From the sequence record SRR20825019_1881: a stretch of DNA of 42,764 nucleotides. One strand, written 5' to 3'. Positions 18,566 through 29,523 of the stretch are shown one piece after another; position 1 is the first letter of the stretch; the number at the start of each line of letters is the position of its first letter. A program made the position numbers and the translations under genes. The notes beneath the pieces were generated by a model. It was given only the letters and a program-made list of their open reading frames with translations, did not search any database and was not told the DNA's origin.

Positions 18566-19608
18566 GAGCTATAAAAGTCTTTCGTATCGGCGATTTTCTG
18601 ACGCACCGCACCGCCGACCAGAAGATCCCGGGCAGTCGGAATCCCCTCTTCCACCGAATTGGTTTTACCCACGATCCACATCGAGACCGCGGTATTCAGC
18701 ACAATCGTATCGACCAACCCTTGGGGACCTTCCCCTTTAAAAATCGATTCCACGATTTCCAGGTTGGCCGCCAAATCGCCACCAACCAAATCCGAGAACG
18801 GCGAAACGGTCAGACCATGATCCTCCGCAGTCCATTGTGCCTCAAGATGTGCCAACCGGCCGAATCCACGCACCCGGTTGGTCGTCGCGGTCGTGAGTTC
18901 ATCGATCCCTTTACCCGGTTCGATCACCCCATGCGATGCCAGTCCCGATTTGACCCCGAGTGAACCCAACGCCTCCGCCAGACGCGGCACCCAAGCTTCC
19001 GAAAACGATCCCAAAAGAACATGCGCGGGCCGGCCGGGATTAATCAAAGGACCGAGAATATTGAAAACCGTGCGCTTGCCTTCCGCTGCGAGCGCCTTGC
19101 GAACCGGCACGATGTGCTTGAAAGCCGGATGATAATTCGGCGCGAAAAAGAAGACATAGCCCAACTCCTTCAAAGCGCGTTGGAGTTTCTCCGGAGGGGC
19201 CGCCAAATCCACGCCGAGTCCGGTCAGCAGATCGGCACTACCGCATTTCGAGGTAATCCCACGGTTTCCATGTTTCATGGCCGGAACCCCTGCTGCGGCC
19301 AAAGTCAGCACGACCATACTCGAGATATTGAAGCCTCCCGAATGATCGCCTCCGGTTCCCACGACATCGATCGCTTGATCCGACCAAGTCTGCACCTGCG
19401 GATCGAGGGCACGTTCACGAAATGCCCGGGCGAAACCCGCCACTTCCTCTGCGGTTTCCCCTTTTGCGGCGAGCGCGCTCAAAAACATCATCTTATCCGC
19501 TTCCGATACCTCAGCCTGGGTGAGCGCCGCGGCGGCCACTTCCACTTGATCGCTTCGTAAATCGGTGTTCGCGGCAAGTTGCGCTGACAAATCTGTGAGA
19601 GTCTCCAT
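18562..19608 (-). CDS. trpD: Anthranilate phosphoribosyltransferase
   Basis: DVVGTGGD, FNISS, KHGNR, GSAD, RTVFNILGPLINP, GIDE; ATGA overlap with glmM. Confidence 0.96.
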   Translation of the reverse strand: METLTDLSAQLAANTDLRSDQVEVAAAALTQAEVSEADKMMFLSALAAKGETAEEVAGFARAFRERALDPQVQTWSDQAIDVVGTGGDHSGGFNISSMVVLTLAAAGVPAMKHGNRGITSKCGSADLLTGLGVDLAAPPEKLQRALKELGYVFFFAPNYHPAFKHIVPVRKALAAEGKRTVFNILGPLINPGRPAHVLLGSFSEAWVPRLAEALGSLGVKSGLASHGVIEPGKGIDELTTATTNRVRGFGRLAHLEAQWTAEDHGLTVSPFSDLVGGDLAANLEIVESIFKGEGPQGLVDTIVLNTAVSMWIVGKTNSVEEGIPTARDLLVGGAVRQKIADTKDFYSS

Positions 19609-19686
19609 GAAGACCCGATGCAGTCAGCCAGACAGGTTGGCGGCAAATAAAATTGCTCCCTTCGCAAATTCCTTCACCACAAACCC

Positions 19687-20685
19687 GTGCGCGTCTTTTT
19701 CGTCTTCGTTACCCTGATAATCCTCGCTCCGCTCTGCTCAGCAGAGGGACGCGAGCAACTGGAACGTGAGCCCATCGCCGAGCTGAGTCCGACCGATGCC
19801 ATCATCCTTGGTATTGTCGAAGGCGTGACCGAGTTTCTCCCGATTTCTTCAACCGGTCATCTGATAATCGCCAACCATGCCCTCGGCCTTGAAGGTGAAA
19901 AGCCGCTCATTGGCGTAAATGGAGAACCGCTCTGGCACAAAAAGCCGTCGGAAAAACACCCTTCCGGCGAACCCCTGACGCTAAAGCTCGCAGCAGACAC
20001 CTACACAGTAGTCATTCAGGTCGGTGCGATCCTCGCAGTCGTGCTACTTTATCGTGCACCGCTACTCAGCATGTTCCACGGGTTACGCGGTCGGGACAAA
20101 TCCGGCGCCCTCTTGCTCCGCAATGTTATTCTCGCCTTCATCCCCGTGGCAGCCATCGGCCTGGCGGCCAGCGGCTTCATTGAAGAGCACCTGTTCTCCA
20201 TCGAAACCGTCATGATGGGTTTGGTGGGCGGAGCCTTCCTGATGATTTTCATCGAACGTTGGCGCAAGACCCGGATCACAACCGATTCGAATAACAAATC
20301 TCCCTCGGAATTAGGTGTGAAAGAAGCACTTGGCGTTGGTTTCATCCAATGTCTGGCGCTTTTCCCCGGCACATCGCGATCCATGGTCACAATCGTCGGA
20401 GGCTACCTCGGAGGGCTGACACCGCCTCGCGCCGCCGAATTCAGTTTTTTGGTGGGACTTCCGGTGCTGGCAGGTGCGGCCGTCGTCAAAGGGTGGCGAT
20501 CCGGTCCCGCGATGATCGAAGTCTTTGGTTGGAGCCATGTCTTACTGGGGATCCTCGTCGCGGCAATTTCCGCCGCCATCGCCGTGAAATTTCTGGTTGG
20601 TTTTCTCTCCCGGCACGGGTTGCTTGCCTTTGCGATCTACCGGATCGTGCTGGCTGGCCTGATCGCGTTCTTTTTCTATCTGTAA
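19687..20685 (+). CDS. uppP: Undecaprenyl-diphosphate phosphatase (BacA/UppP)
   Basis: GIVEGVTEFLPISSTGH, IQVGAILAV, PGTSRS, AAEFSFL, FAIYRI. Confidence 0.94.
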   Translation: MRVFFVFVTLIILAPLCSAEGREQLEREPIAELSPTDAIILGIVEGVTEFLPISSTGHLIIANHALGLEGEKPLIGVNGEPLWHKKPSEKHPSGEPLTLKLAADTYTVVIQVGAILAVVLLYRAPLLSMFHGLRGRDKSGALLLRNVILAFIPVAAIGLAASGFIEEHLFSIETVMMGLVGGAFLMIFIERWRKTRITTDSNNKSPSELGVKEALGVGFIQCLALFPGTSRSMVTIVGGYLGGLTPPRAAEFSFLVGLPVLAGAAVVKGWRSGPAMIEVFGWSHVLLGILVAAISAAIAVKFLVGFLSRHGLLAFAIYRIVLAGLIAFFFYL

Positions 20686-20705
20686 CTCATCGGCACTTAT
20701 AGCGC

Positions 20706-20733
20706 TTGACGCGACTGAAACCCACCCTTTACT
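20706..20733 (+). promoter_or_regulatory. Candidate sigma70 promoter of the rpmF-plsX-fabH operon
   Basis: TTGACG, 16-bp spacer, TTTACT, about 65 bp upstream of rpmF. Confidence 0.4.
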
Positions 20734-20798
20734 CCCAATCTTTTCACAGCAATCATAGCCGTTTTTAAACGGTCAGACACACTCAATAACCACTTCCC

Positions 20799-20978
20799 AT
20801 GGCACAACCAAAACGCAAGCAATCCAAACGTCGCAGCGCTAACCGTCGCGCAGCCAACGCTTTTCAGGCACCTGAGTTCGCCACCGATCCGACCGACGGC
20901 ACCTTGTTCCGCCCTCATTGCGTGAACCCTAAAAACGGCATGTATCGCGGTCGTCAGGTCCTCGACGTCGAGGTCTGA
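20799..20978 (+). CDS. rpmF: 50S ribosomal protein bL32 (59 aa; absent from the ORF track)
   Basis: Translated by hand: MAQPKRKQSKRRSANRRAANAFQAPEFATDPTDGTLFRPHCVNPKNGMYRGRQVLDVEV; canonical position before plsX-fabH. Confidence 0.95.
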   Translation: MAQPKRKQSKRRSANRRAANAFQAPEFATDPTDGTLFRPHCVNPKNGMYRGRQVLDVEV

Positions 20979-21010
20979 TCACCCTGTCATAAAGTTTCAC
21001 CATCTCCACG

Positions 21011-22069
21011 ATGGTTACCTCCTCCGGTGAATCCGGGCGTATTGCCATAGACGCCATGGGCGGGGACCTCGGTCCATCCGAGGTGGTAGAGGCAGTTAAA
21101 CTCGCGTTGGCCCAAATCGATGGGCTCAACCCGATTACTTTAGTGGGCGATGAAGAGGTCTTGAATCCGCTCCTCGCCCGGGCCGGTTTGACCGGCAATC
21201 CGCACGTCGAGGTATTACATGCCTCCGAAGTCGTCACCATGGACGACAAACCGCTGCACGCGCTGAAGCGGAAAAAAGATTCCTCGATGGTCAAGGCCAT
21301 CGAATTGGTGAAGGAAAACCTGGCCAGCGTCGTCGTGAGCTGCGGCAATACCGGCGCACTTATGGCTGGAGGCACCCTCCGATTGAGAACGATGGAAGGC
21401 GTCGCCCGTCCAGCACTTGCCGCCGTCGTTCCACGTGAAAACGGACACTTTGTGCTGATCGATGCCGGTGCAAATCCTGACGCGAAACCCGAGCACCTCC
21501 TCCACAATGCGATTTTGGGCAGCCACTATTGCTCGGTGATGCTGGGGATCGAATCCCCTCGCGTCGGACTGATGACCATCGGCACGGAAGAAGGTAAGGG
21601 CAATGCCCTCACCGCAGATACGCACCTGCTCCTGAAACGCGCTGAGGGCATCTTAAATTACGTCGGCCCCATCGAAGGCTTCCAAGTCTTCGCCGAACAT
21701 GTCGATGTGGTCGTGTGCGACGGATTTGTCGGCAACATCATGCTGAAGAGCTGGGAATCGCTCGTAAATTTTTTCTCCTCGGTGCTCAAGGAAGAACTCC
21801 GGGCGAATCCCGTGCGGGCGGTTGGAGCGATGCTTTCCAAAGGGGCGTTCAACGCCCTGAAGGAACGCGTCAATCCCGAGCGCTACGGTGGTGCGCCACT
21901 GCTCGGATTGCGGGGAAATGTCCTCAAAGCCCATGGTTCCAGCAATCGACTCGCCATCTGCAGTGCGATTCGGGCCGCCAACGCCACCATTAAGGGCGAC
22001 CTCAACCACCGGATCGAAGCCGATGTGCTTCGGGCCAACGAGCTCCTCTCCCCGACCACTCTTTCTTAA
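21011..22069 (+). CDS. plsX: Phosphate acyltransferase PlsX
   Basis: [45 protein letters not shown]. Confidence 0.97.
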   Translation: MVTSSGESGRIAIDAMGGDLGPSEVVEAVKLALAQIDGLNPITLVGDEEVLNPLLARAGLTGNPHVEVLHASEVVTMDDKPLHALKRKKDSSMVKAIELVKENLASVVVSCGNTGALMAGGTLRLRTMEGVARPALAAVVPRENGHFVLIDAGANPDAKPEHLLHNAILGSHYCSVMLGIESPRVGLMTIGTEEGKGNALTADTHLLLKRAEGILNYVGPIEGFQVFAEHVDVVVCDGFVGNIMLKSWESLVNFFSSVLKEELRANPVRAVGAMLSKGAFNALKERVNPERYGGAPLLGLRGNVLKAHGSSNRLAICSAIRAANATIKGDLNHRIEADVLRANELLSPTTLS

Positions 22070-22113
22070 TTATCGACGCAGAGCCCTCTCCTGCCTCTCA
22101 ATTACTTTCATTC

Positions 22114-23106
22114 ATGGCCACTCAATCCACTGTCATTCTCGGAACAGGATCCTTTACTCCAGAACGCGTGCTTACCAATGACGATCTTTCCAAAATGATC
22201 GACACCTCGGACGAATGGATTCGCACCCGCAGTGGCATCAGGGAGCGGCATATTGCCGGTGACCATGAATCAACCTCCGACATGGCCGTCGGGGCTGCCC
22301 AGGCCGCGCTTGATGACGCCGGGCTGACCGCTGCTGATATCGACCTTTTGATTGTTGCGACCATCACGCCCGATCTGCCGCTCCCCGCTGCCGCTTGTTT
22401 GGTGCAGAACAAACTGGGCGTTCCGACCCATGCCGCCTGTTTTGACGTGAATGCCGCCTGTTCCGGATTCATCTACGGATTGGACACCGCCTGCGCGATG
22501 ATTTCATCCGGCCGCTACCGCAAGGCTCTTGTCATCGGTGCCGAAAAACTCTCTCCGATCGTCGATTGGAAGGAACGCACGACCTGTGTCCTCTTCGGCG
22601 ATGGAGCCGGTGCCGTCGTCGTCGGGGCTTCCGATGAGCCTAATCGCGGTCTGATGGGCACGAAGTTGGGAGCTTATGGAGACAGCGCTGAATTACTCTG
22701 GATCCCCAAGGGAGGCAGTGATTCACCCGCAACCGCCGAATCAATCGCCGCCGGAGATCACTTCATGAAAATGAAGGGCAAAGAGGTGTTCAAACTCGCG
22801 GTTCGGGCAATGGATGAAGCCGCCCGCGATATCTTGGAACAACATGGCCTCGCTGCGGATCAGATAAGCTTGGTCATTCCTCATCAAGCCAATCTCCGAA
22901 TCATTGAAGCCATTGCCAAATATCTTTCCCTCCCAATGGACCGTTTCTTTGTCAATGTCGATCGCTACGGCAACACCTCGGCGGCTTCGATTCCACTCGC
23001 TTTGGATGAAGCCAAGAAAGCCGGGAAAATTAAACCCGGCGACATCACTTTACTCGTCGCGTTCGGGGCGGGCTTGACCTACGGTTCTGCCCTGATTCGT
23101 TGGTAA
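22114..23106 (+). CDS. fabH: 3-oxoacyl-ACP synthase III
   Basis: [43 protein letters not shown]. Confidence 0.97.
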   Translation: MATQSTVILGTGSFTPERVLTNDDLSKMIDTSDEWIRTRSGIRERHIAGDHESTSDMAVGAAQAALDDAGLTAADIDLLIVATITPDLPLPAAACLVQNKLGVPTHAACFDVNAACSGFIYGLDTACAMISSGRYRKALVIGAEKLSPIVDWKERTTCVLFGDGAGAVVVGASDEPNRGLMGTKLGAYGDSAELLWIPKGGSDSPATAESIAAGDHFMKMKGKEVFKLAVRAMDEAARDILEQHGLAADQISLVIPHQANLRIIEAIAKYLSLPMDRFFVNVDRYGNTSAASIPLALDEAKKAGKIKPGDITLLVAFGAGLTYGSALIRW

Positions 23107-23126
23107 CTCGTTTAAATCTTTTCTTC

Positions 23127-24179
23127 ATGCTGCGTCATATCACTTTCAGTCTTCTGGTCGCTCTGTTGGCCCTTGCGATTCCTTCCCAGCTCTCCGCTGA
23201 ATTGGTCTGGACTCCAGGTGCGGGTTGGCGAATCGAGGGCGGTTCTCTTTCCGGGCTCACCGGTCTCGAAGGCCGCAACGCACTCGATCTCATGAACAAG
23301 GCCCGCGAGAAGGAAGAACGCGGCAATTATGGGGCGGCACTCAAGTCGTATAAGAAAGTCATCAAGAAATACGCCACGTCCATCTACACTCCCGAAGCGC
23401 TTTACCGTTCCGCCAAGCTTTACCTCAAGCGCAAACAATACGCCAAGTCCTTCGATGCCTATGCAGGGATCATTGCGCGTTATCCCAACACCCCCCGATT
23501 CAATGAAATCGTTGGCGAACAATACCGCATCGCCAGTGCTCTCCTGGATGGCGCTCGCACGCACTACTGGGGTTGGTTGCCGGGCTTGCCCGACCGCCCG
23601 AAGGGGATTGAACATTTCGAACGCATCCTTCTCGAAGCTCCTTACAGCGATTATGCGCCGTTGGCGCTGATGAACATTGCTCGTGGGCATCAGAAAATGA
23701 ACAATACGATCTACGCCATCGATGCGCTGGATCGAATGATCAACAATCATCCTCAGAGCCTCCTCTCATCGGATGCTTATCTGAAGCTTGCGCAAACCCA
23801 CGCCTCGCTCGTGCAGGGTCCCCATCACGACCAGGCCGCGACCCAGGAAGCGATCACCTATTTTCAAGACTACATGATCCTCTTTCCGGGTGATCCCAAT
23901 GTCGGAGCGGCCGAAACGGGTCTGGATGACATGCGCACCATGTTGGCCAAGAGCAAGATCGTGATGGCCGATTTCTACTTCTACAAACGGGACAATTATA
24001 CGGCCGCCCGCGTCTTTTATAACGAGGCGATCACCGTTTATCCCGATTCCGAGGTGGCCTCATTGGCAAAAGAACGACTCAACGAAGTCGAAGCCGAAGC
24101 CTCCCAGCATGCACCTGAAGCCGAAGACGATGATTCCGAAGCGGCTCCCAAGAAAAAGAAACGTTTCTTTTTCTTTTGA
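23127..24179 (+). CDS. bamD: BamD/YfiO-like TPR outer-membrane assembly protein
   Basis: Signal peptide; TPRs; HDQAATQEAITYF and ADFYF..NYTAARVFY match BamD TPR3-5; located next to lptE. Confidence 0.75.
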   Translation: MLRHITFSLLVALLALAIPSQLSAELVWTPGAGWRIEGGSLSGLTGLEGRNALDLMNKAREKEERGNYGAALKSYKKVIKKYATSIYTPEALYRSAKLYLKRKQYAKSFDAYAGIIARYPNTPRFNEIVGEQYRIASALLDGARTHYWGWLPGLPDRPKGIEHFERILLEAPYSDYAPLALMNIARGHQKMNNTIYAIDALDRMINNHPQSLLSSDAYLKLAQTHASLVQGPHHDQAATQEAITYFQDYMILFPGDPNVGAAETGLDDMRTMLAKSKIVMADFYFYKRDNYTAARVFYNEAITVYPDSEVASLAKERLNEVEAEASQHAPEAEDDDSEAAPKKKKRFFFF

Positions 24180-24208
24180 TCTGATTACCGGGGCACGAAG
24201 CGATTTCC

Positions 24209-24724
24209 ATGCCTGGCATTCTCCTTCGGTTCATTCCACTCTGGGCGATCCTTTTCGGGATCTCCGGTTGCGCTAATTATCAACTGGGCACCAGCGGTGA
24301 ACTCGCCTTCACGACCCTCCACGTCGCGCCGGTCAAACTGGTCGCCCTCGTGCCACAAGCCGAATCGATCATCAGCGCGCAACTTCGCACCGCGTTTATC
24401 AACGATGGCCGCCTGAAACTCGACAATTCGCCCGATTATGCCGACGCCACGCTGTTAATCGTCGTGAAAGATTACCACCGCGAAGTCGCGACCGTGCGTC
24501 CCGGTGATACCGGTTTGGCCCGCAAATTCATCATCACCATGACGGCCGAGGCCACGCTCACGGATAATCGCAACGGTGAACCGTTTTTCACCAACCGTAA
24601 GTTGATCGTGAAACGCGATGTTTACACGGACAGCGGGCAACAACAGGCCGAATATCAAATTCTGCCACTCCTCGCAGAGGACTTGGCAGCCAAGGCCTCA
24701 CATGCTGTGCTCGACACATGGTAA
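24209..24724 (+). CDS. lptE: LPS assembly lipoprotein LptE
   Basis: Lipobox ISG-C followed by ANYQLG; ADATL; C-terminal helix LAEDLA..W. Confidence 0.75.
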   Translation: MPGILLRFIPLWAILFGISGCANYQLGTSGELAFTTLHVAPVKLVALVPQAESIISAQLRTAFINDGRLKLDNSPDYADATLLIVVKDYHREVATVRPGDTGLARKFIITMTAEATLTDNRNGEPFFTNRKLIVKRDVYTDSGQQQAEYQILPLLAEDLAAKASHAVLDTW

Positions 24725-25395
24725 CTCCCGTTTCCGCTCATACTCCGATTCTCGCACCATCACTTCTGGCTGGTGACCATGCCAACCTCGCCGCGAGCGC
24801 ACGCGACGTGGAATCACTCGGGCTTGAATGGTTACACGTGGATATCATGGACGGCCATTTCGTCCCGAACCTCACCTTTGGTCCGCAAACTCTCGCAGCG
24901 CTGCGCAGTGCCGGGAATCAACTCTTCTTCGATACCCACTTGATGCTGTCCGAACCGCATCACTATGTGGAATCATTTGCTCAAGCCGGAGCCAATCTCA
25001 TCAGCATCCACATCGAACCCGATTACGATCATCGCTCCACCCTCGCAAAAATTCGCGAACTGGGCTGCCAGTGCGGGATCGTCCTCAATCCCGGCACACC
25101 TGCTGATTCGGTATTATCGCTTCTGAAAGAAGTGGACTTGGTTTTGGTGATGACGGTTCAACCCGGTTTTGGTGGACAATCCTTTCAACCTGCCATGGTT
25201 GAAAAAATCACCAAACTGCACCAATGGCGCCTCGAACATGGCCAGAATTGGCGCCTCGAAGTCGATGGCGGCGTCGATCTCAATCACGCCCGCACCTGCC
25301 ATGCCGCCGGTGCTGATACTTTCGTGGCTGGAACCGCTTTTTATAAGGCCCCGGACCAAACGGCCTTCGCGCAAGCGATTCACTCACTCACCTAA
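24718..25395 (+). CDS. rpe: Ribulose-phosphate 3-epimerase
   Basis: LAPSLL, HVDIMDGHFVPN, DTHLM, MTVQPGFGGQ, EVDGG, VAGT. Confidence 0.97.
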   Translation: MVTPVSAHTPILAPSLLAGDHANLAASARDVESLGLEWLHVDIMDGHFVPNLTFGPQTLAALRSAGNQLFFDTHLMLSEPHHYVESFAQAGANLISIHIEPDYDHRSTLAKIRELGCQCGIVLNPGTPADSVLSLLKEVDLVLVMTVQPGFGGQSFQPAMVEKITKLHQWRLEHGQNWRLEVDGGVDLNHARTCHAAGADTFVAGTAFYKAPDQTAFAQAIHSLT

Positions 25396-25400
25396 GCGGA

Positions 25401-27017
25401 TCACCGGGAATTGCGAGCCAGCTCGGCGGCACGGCGATATTGCTCACGCAGCTTGGCCCCAAGCGAACGCGCCATCCGCACTTCTTCCACCCGATTCTTC
25501 GCCTGCAGGGCATCCCGAATCGATCCGCCGACTTCATCGTAAGTCAGGAGCGACATATCGTTAAGCACGGCCATCGCGTCAGCCGGCATTCCGGCGTCAA
25601 TAATCGCCCGCCACGCCTCGACTAATTCCTCATGGGTATCCAGGCACATCACACGAATGCTAAAAGCCATTTCCCGAAAAAGGCGCCCCGTCCATTCCGG
25701 ACGATAGACGAGTTGATCTTCTCCTTCATAGGGCTGCGCGTCAGGATCTGAACGCAACTCCAGCCAATCCTGATGCGAGTAGTATTCACGACGAACGGGC
25801 AAGCGACGTAACGCGAAACGCTCCGGACCCTCGGGCGTGCCCACTTTGAAATTCCAGAGCTTCTGCCCTTCCATCGAGAGCGTATATTCGATGAATGCTT
25901 CGGCGACTTCCGCATTGGGCGCTCCTCGCAAAATACCGATCGGATCCACCGAACTCACCGTGCCGCCCTGAGGAGTCACATAGACAAGACGGGCCGAATC
26001 ATCACGCCTCTTTACAGCTTCAGCCTGATAGCGACCATAGAAATCAATACAGACTCCGGCGGCTGAATTTCCCTGCGATACGTCGATGGGCGGCTTCTGT
26101 GATGAATCGGTGAAATACCGAGCGTTCGCACCCAACAGGCGCAGAATACGCATACCTTCGATCCAACCCTCGCGCACCGCCTGCGCTTCAAGATCAGCGG
26201 TCACGACACCATTATTCGCCCGCGCCAACTCCACCAGCCGCGCTTGCATCTGTTGTTGGATCAAATTTTCAAACGCTTTCGTGATGGATCCACTCTTGGT
26301 CGGATCACAGACCGCCACTTCACCAATCAGTCTCGGATCAGTCAGATCACTCCATTTCACAGGCGCGCGCTCAATCCCGAGGCGCTTGAATGAATCCTTG
26401 TTATACAGAATGCCGTAGCTGCTCAGCACATTTCCGATCCAACGCGCCTCTTTATCCCAATACTGCTCACCGGCAAATGTGTAGGGAATCGTGTCATCGT
26501 TGAACCATTCCGGATGTGTTTCCAGAATCGTGGAAGGCACTAAACGACCGGCCTGAGCCTGACGGATAAAATCGTAGCTGCCGCCACCGAAGAACAAATC
26601 GATTCCGCAACTCACTTCGGATTCAAGGAAGACCTGCCGCGCTTCTTTTTCCTGCTCGGTCGCATCATCAGCCAGTCGTCGATTCGCGAAGGCTGCCTGC
26701 ACGGCGATGCTCCACGGTTTGTCCAGCGTTCGCGTCCAATAATTTTGAAACGCCGCCACATATTCGGAATCCAAAAAACGGGCGATTTCACTGGTCCCCC
26801 CAATTACGCGCCAATCGATCGCCACGGTTTTCCCTGTCTTCTCGCGATACCATTCCTCAAACCCTACCGTGAACTCGTGACGAATCGCTTCGTTGTGGGG
26901 GGTGATGATCACGAGACCAACATCGGCTTTGCCGGTGTGCTCCTTGGCCGGGCGCAAAATAAAAGGCAGCGCGACCGTCGCGACCAAGGCCAACAAGATG
27001 AGCACGCGTTTCGTCAT
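25401..27017 (-). CDS. Fe(III)/AfuA-type ABC substrate-binding protein with insertions
   Basis: IITPHNE, IDLFFGGG, GILYNK, WSDL, DPTKSGS, DPIGILRGAPN..AEAFIEY. Confidence 0.85.
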   Translation of the reverse strand: MTKRVLILLALVATVALPFILRPAKEHTGKADVGLVIITPHNEAIRHEFTVGFEEWYREKTGKTVAIDWRVIGGTSEIARFLDSEYVAAFQNYWTRTLDKPWSIAVQAAFANRRLADDATEQEKEARQVFLESEVSCGIDLFFGGGSYDFIRQAQAGRLVPSTILETHPEWFNDDTIPYTFAGEQYWDKEARWIGNVLSSYGILYNKDSFKRLGIERAPVKWSDLTDPRLIGEVAVCDPTKSGSITKAFENLIQQQMQARLVELARANNGVVTADLEAQAVREGWIEGMRILRLLGANARYFTDSSQKPPIDVSQGNSAAGVCIDFYGRYQAEAVKRRDDSARLVYVTPQGGTVSSVDPIGILRGAPNAEVAEAFIEYTLSMEGQKLWNFKVGTPEGPERFALRRLPVRREYYSHQDWLELRSDPDAQPYEGEDQLVYRPEWTGRLFREMAFSIRVMCLDTHEELVEAWRAIIDAGMPADAMAVLNDMSLLTYDEVGGSIRDALQAKNRVEEVRMARSLGAKLREQYRRAAELARNSR

Positions 27018-27023
27018 GATCGA

Positions 27024-28097
<1,074 letters not shown>

Positions 28098-28216
28098 GCG
28101 TGCGCGAGGATTTCCGAAGCAAGAATCGCCCCTCTTTGAAGTCAAAGGAAATACTCCCTTTATCAATGTAACGCATTGCCACCATGGGCTCTTTTCGCTC
28201 CCCTCAGAGACAGATT

Positions 28217-28792
28217 ATGCCTGTTTCCAAGACCAACATACCACACCCAGACCTCGAAAGTGTTCTGGTCACCCAATCTCAAATCAAAAGCCGCATCAAG
28301 AAACTCGGGAAACAGATCAAGGAAATCTACGGCGACGAGGAGATCACGATCATCTCGATCATCAACGGTGCAATCATGTTTACGGCCGATCTGATGAGAG
28401 AGATCGACAACCCGGTGCGTTTGGACTGCATCCGTATCTCCAGTTACCGTAATGAGACAAAATCAAACGGCACCCCCAAACTCATTCACAGTCTGACTCT
28501 CGACATCACCAAACGAAACGTCCTGCTCATCGACGACATTCTCGATACCGGCAAGACCCTCGAGATGGTCTCCGGAATGATCCGGAAACTCAACCCTGCC
28601 AGCCTGACCGTCTGTGTGCTCCTCGACAAAAAAGGACGTCGCGAAGTCGACTTCGACGCCGATCTCGTAGGTTTCAATATTCCCGATAAATTTGTCGTGG
28701 GCTACGGCCTCGATTTCGCGGAACGTTATCGCAATTTATCGAGCATCGGGGTGCTTAAATCCCACCTGCAAAATCCGCCCGAGTGGGCCTGA
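28217..28792 (+). CDS. hpt: Hypoxanthine phosphoribosyltransferase
   Basis: VLLIDDILDTGKT PRPP motif, LLDK, FVVGYGLDFAERYRNL. Confidence 0.95.
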   Translation: MPVSKTNIPHPDLESVLVTQSQIKSRIKKLGKQIKEIYGDEEITIISIINGAIMFTADLMREIDNPVRLDCIRISSYRNETKSNGTPKLIHSLTLDITKRNVLLIDDILDTGKTLEMVSGMIRKLNPASLTVCVLLDKKGRREVDFDADLVGFNIPDKFVVGYGLDFAERYRNLSSIGVLKSHLQNPPEWA

Positions 28793-28819
28793 AGTGGTCG
28801 TCAAGCCGGGTTGCTCGCC

Positions 28820-29518
28820 ATGTGCGTCCGCTACAATTTGCTCAAAACGAGCGCGACGATTGAGGCCATCGCCGACTACATCGCCAGCGAGCTCGCCGCC
28901 CCTCCAGAGGATACGGCCCGCTATAATGTGACGCTCACGCATACCATGCCAGTCGTCGCACTGAAAAACAGCATCCCGCGGGTGCAGCCCATGATGTGGG
29001 GTCTCGTGCCGTATTACGAGAGATCCAAGGCGCAAAAACGCATGCTCCCCAACGCCAAAGCGGAAACTGCACGAACCCTCACCCCTTTTAAAGATGGCGT
29101 TGCGAAACGACGCTGCCTGGTTCCGGCCACCGGATTCTACGAATGGGAAACCAAGGGAAAGCTCAAACTCCCCCATCTCTTTACACTGAGGGACGATGCC
29201 CCCTTCGCTTTCGCCGGTTTCTGGGAACCGGGTGACGAAACTATTCCCGAGTCCTACACCATCCTCACGACTGAACCGAATGCGTTGGTTGCCCCGATTC
29301 ATCACCGAATGCCCGTGATCCTCACTAAGAAGACGATGCGACCGTGGTTGGGAACCTCGGCCCTGTCCGATTCCGATTACCGTGAGCTGACCCAACCCAT
29401 CAGTGCGGATGATATGCAGTCGCGTGCCGTTAATCGCTACGTGAACAACAGTCGTCATGATGGGCCGCAATGCCTTGCACCTCCCGATGAGGAACCGCGC
29501 GAATTGCAGTTATTTTAA
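28820..29518 (+). CDS. SRAP (YedK/HMCES) abasic-site protection protein
   Basis: Start M-C (catalytic Cys2) at ATG 28820; RYNV, WGLVP, NAKAET, RRCLVPATGFYEW, IHHRMPVIL. Confidence 0.92.
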   Translation: MCVRYNLLKTSATIEAIADYIASELAAPPEDTARYNVTLTHTMPVVALKNSIPRVQPMMWGLVPYYERSKAQKRMLPNAKAETARTLTPFKDGVAKRRCLVPATGFYEWETKGKLKLPHLFTLRDDAPFAFAGFWEPGDETIPESYTILTTEPNALVAPIHHRMPVILTKKTMRPWLGTSALSDSDYRELTQPISADDMQSRAVNRYVNNSRHDGPQCLAPPDEEPRELQLF

Positions 29519-29523
29519 CACGC

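Noticed and set aside
20697-20918. 73-aa minus-strand ORF
   Set aside because: Antisense to rpmF and its promoter
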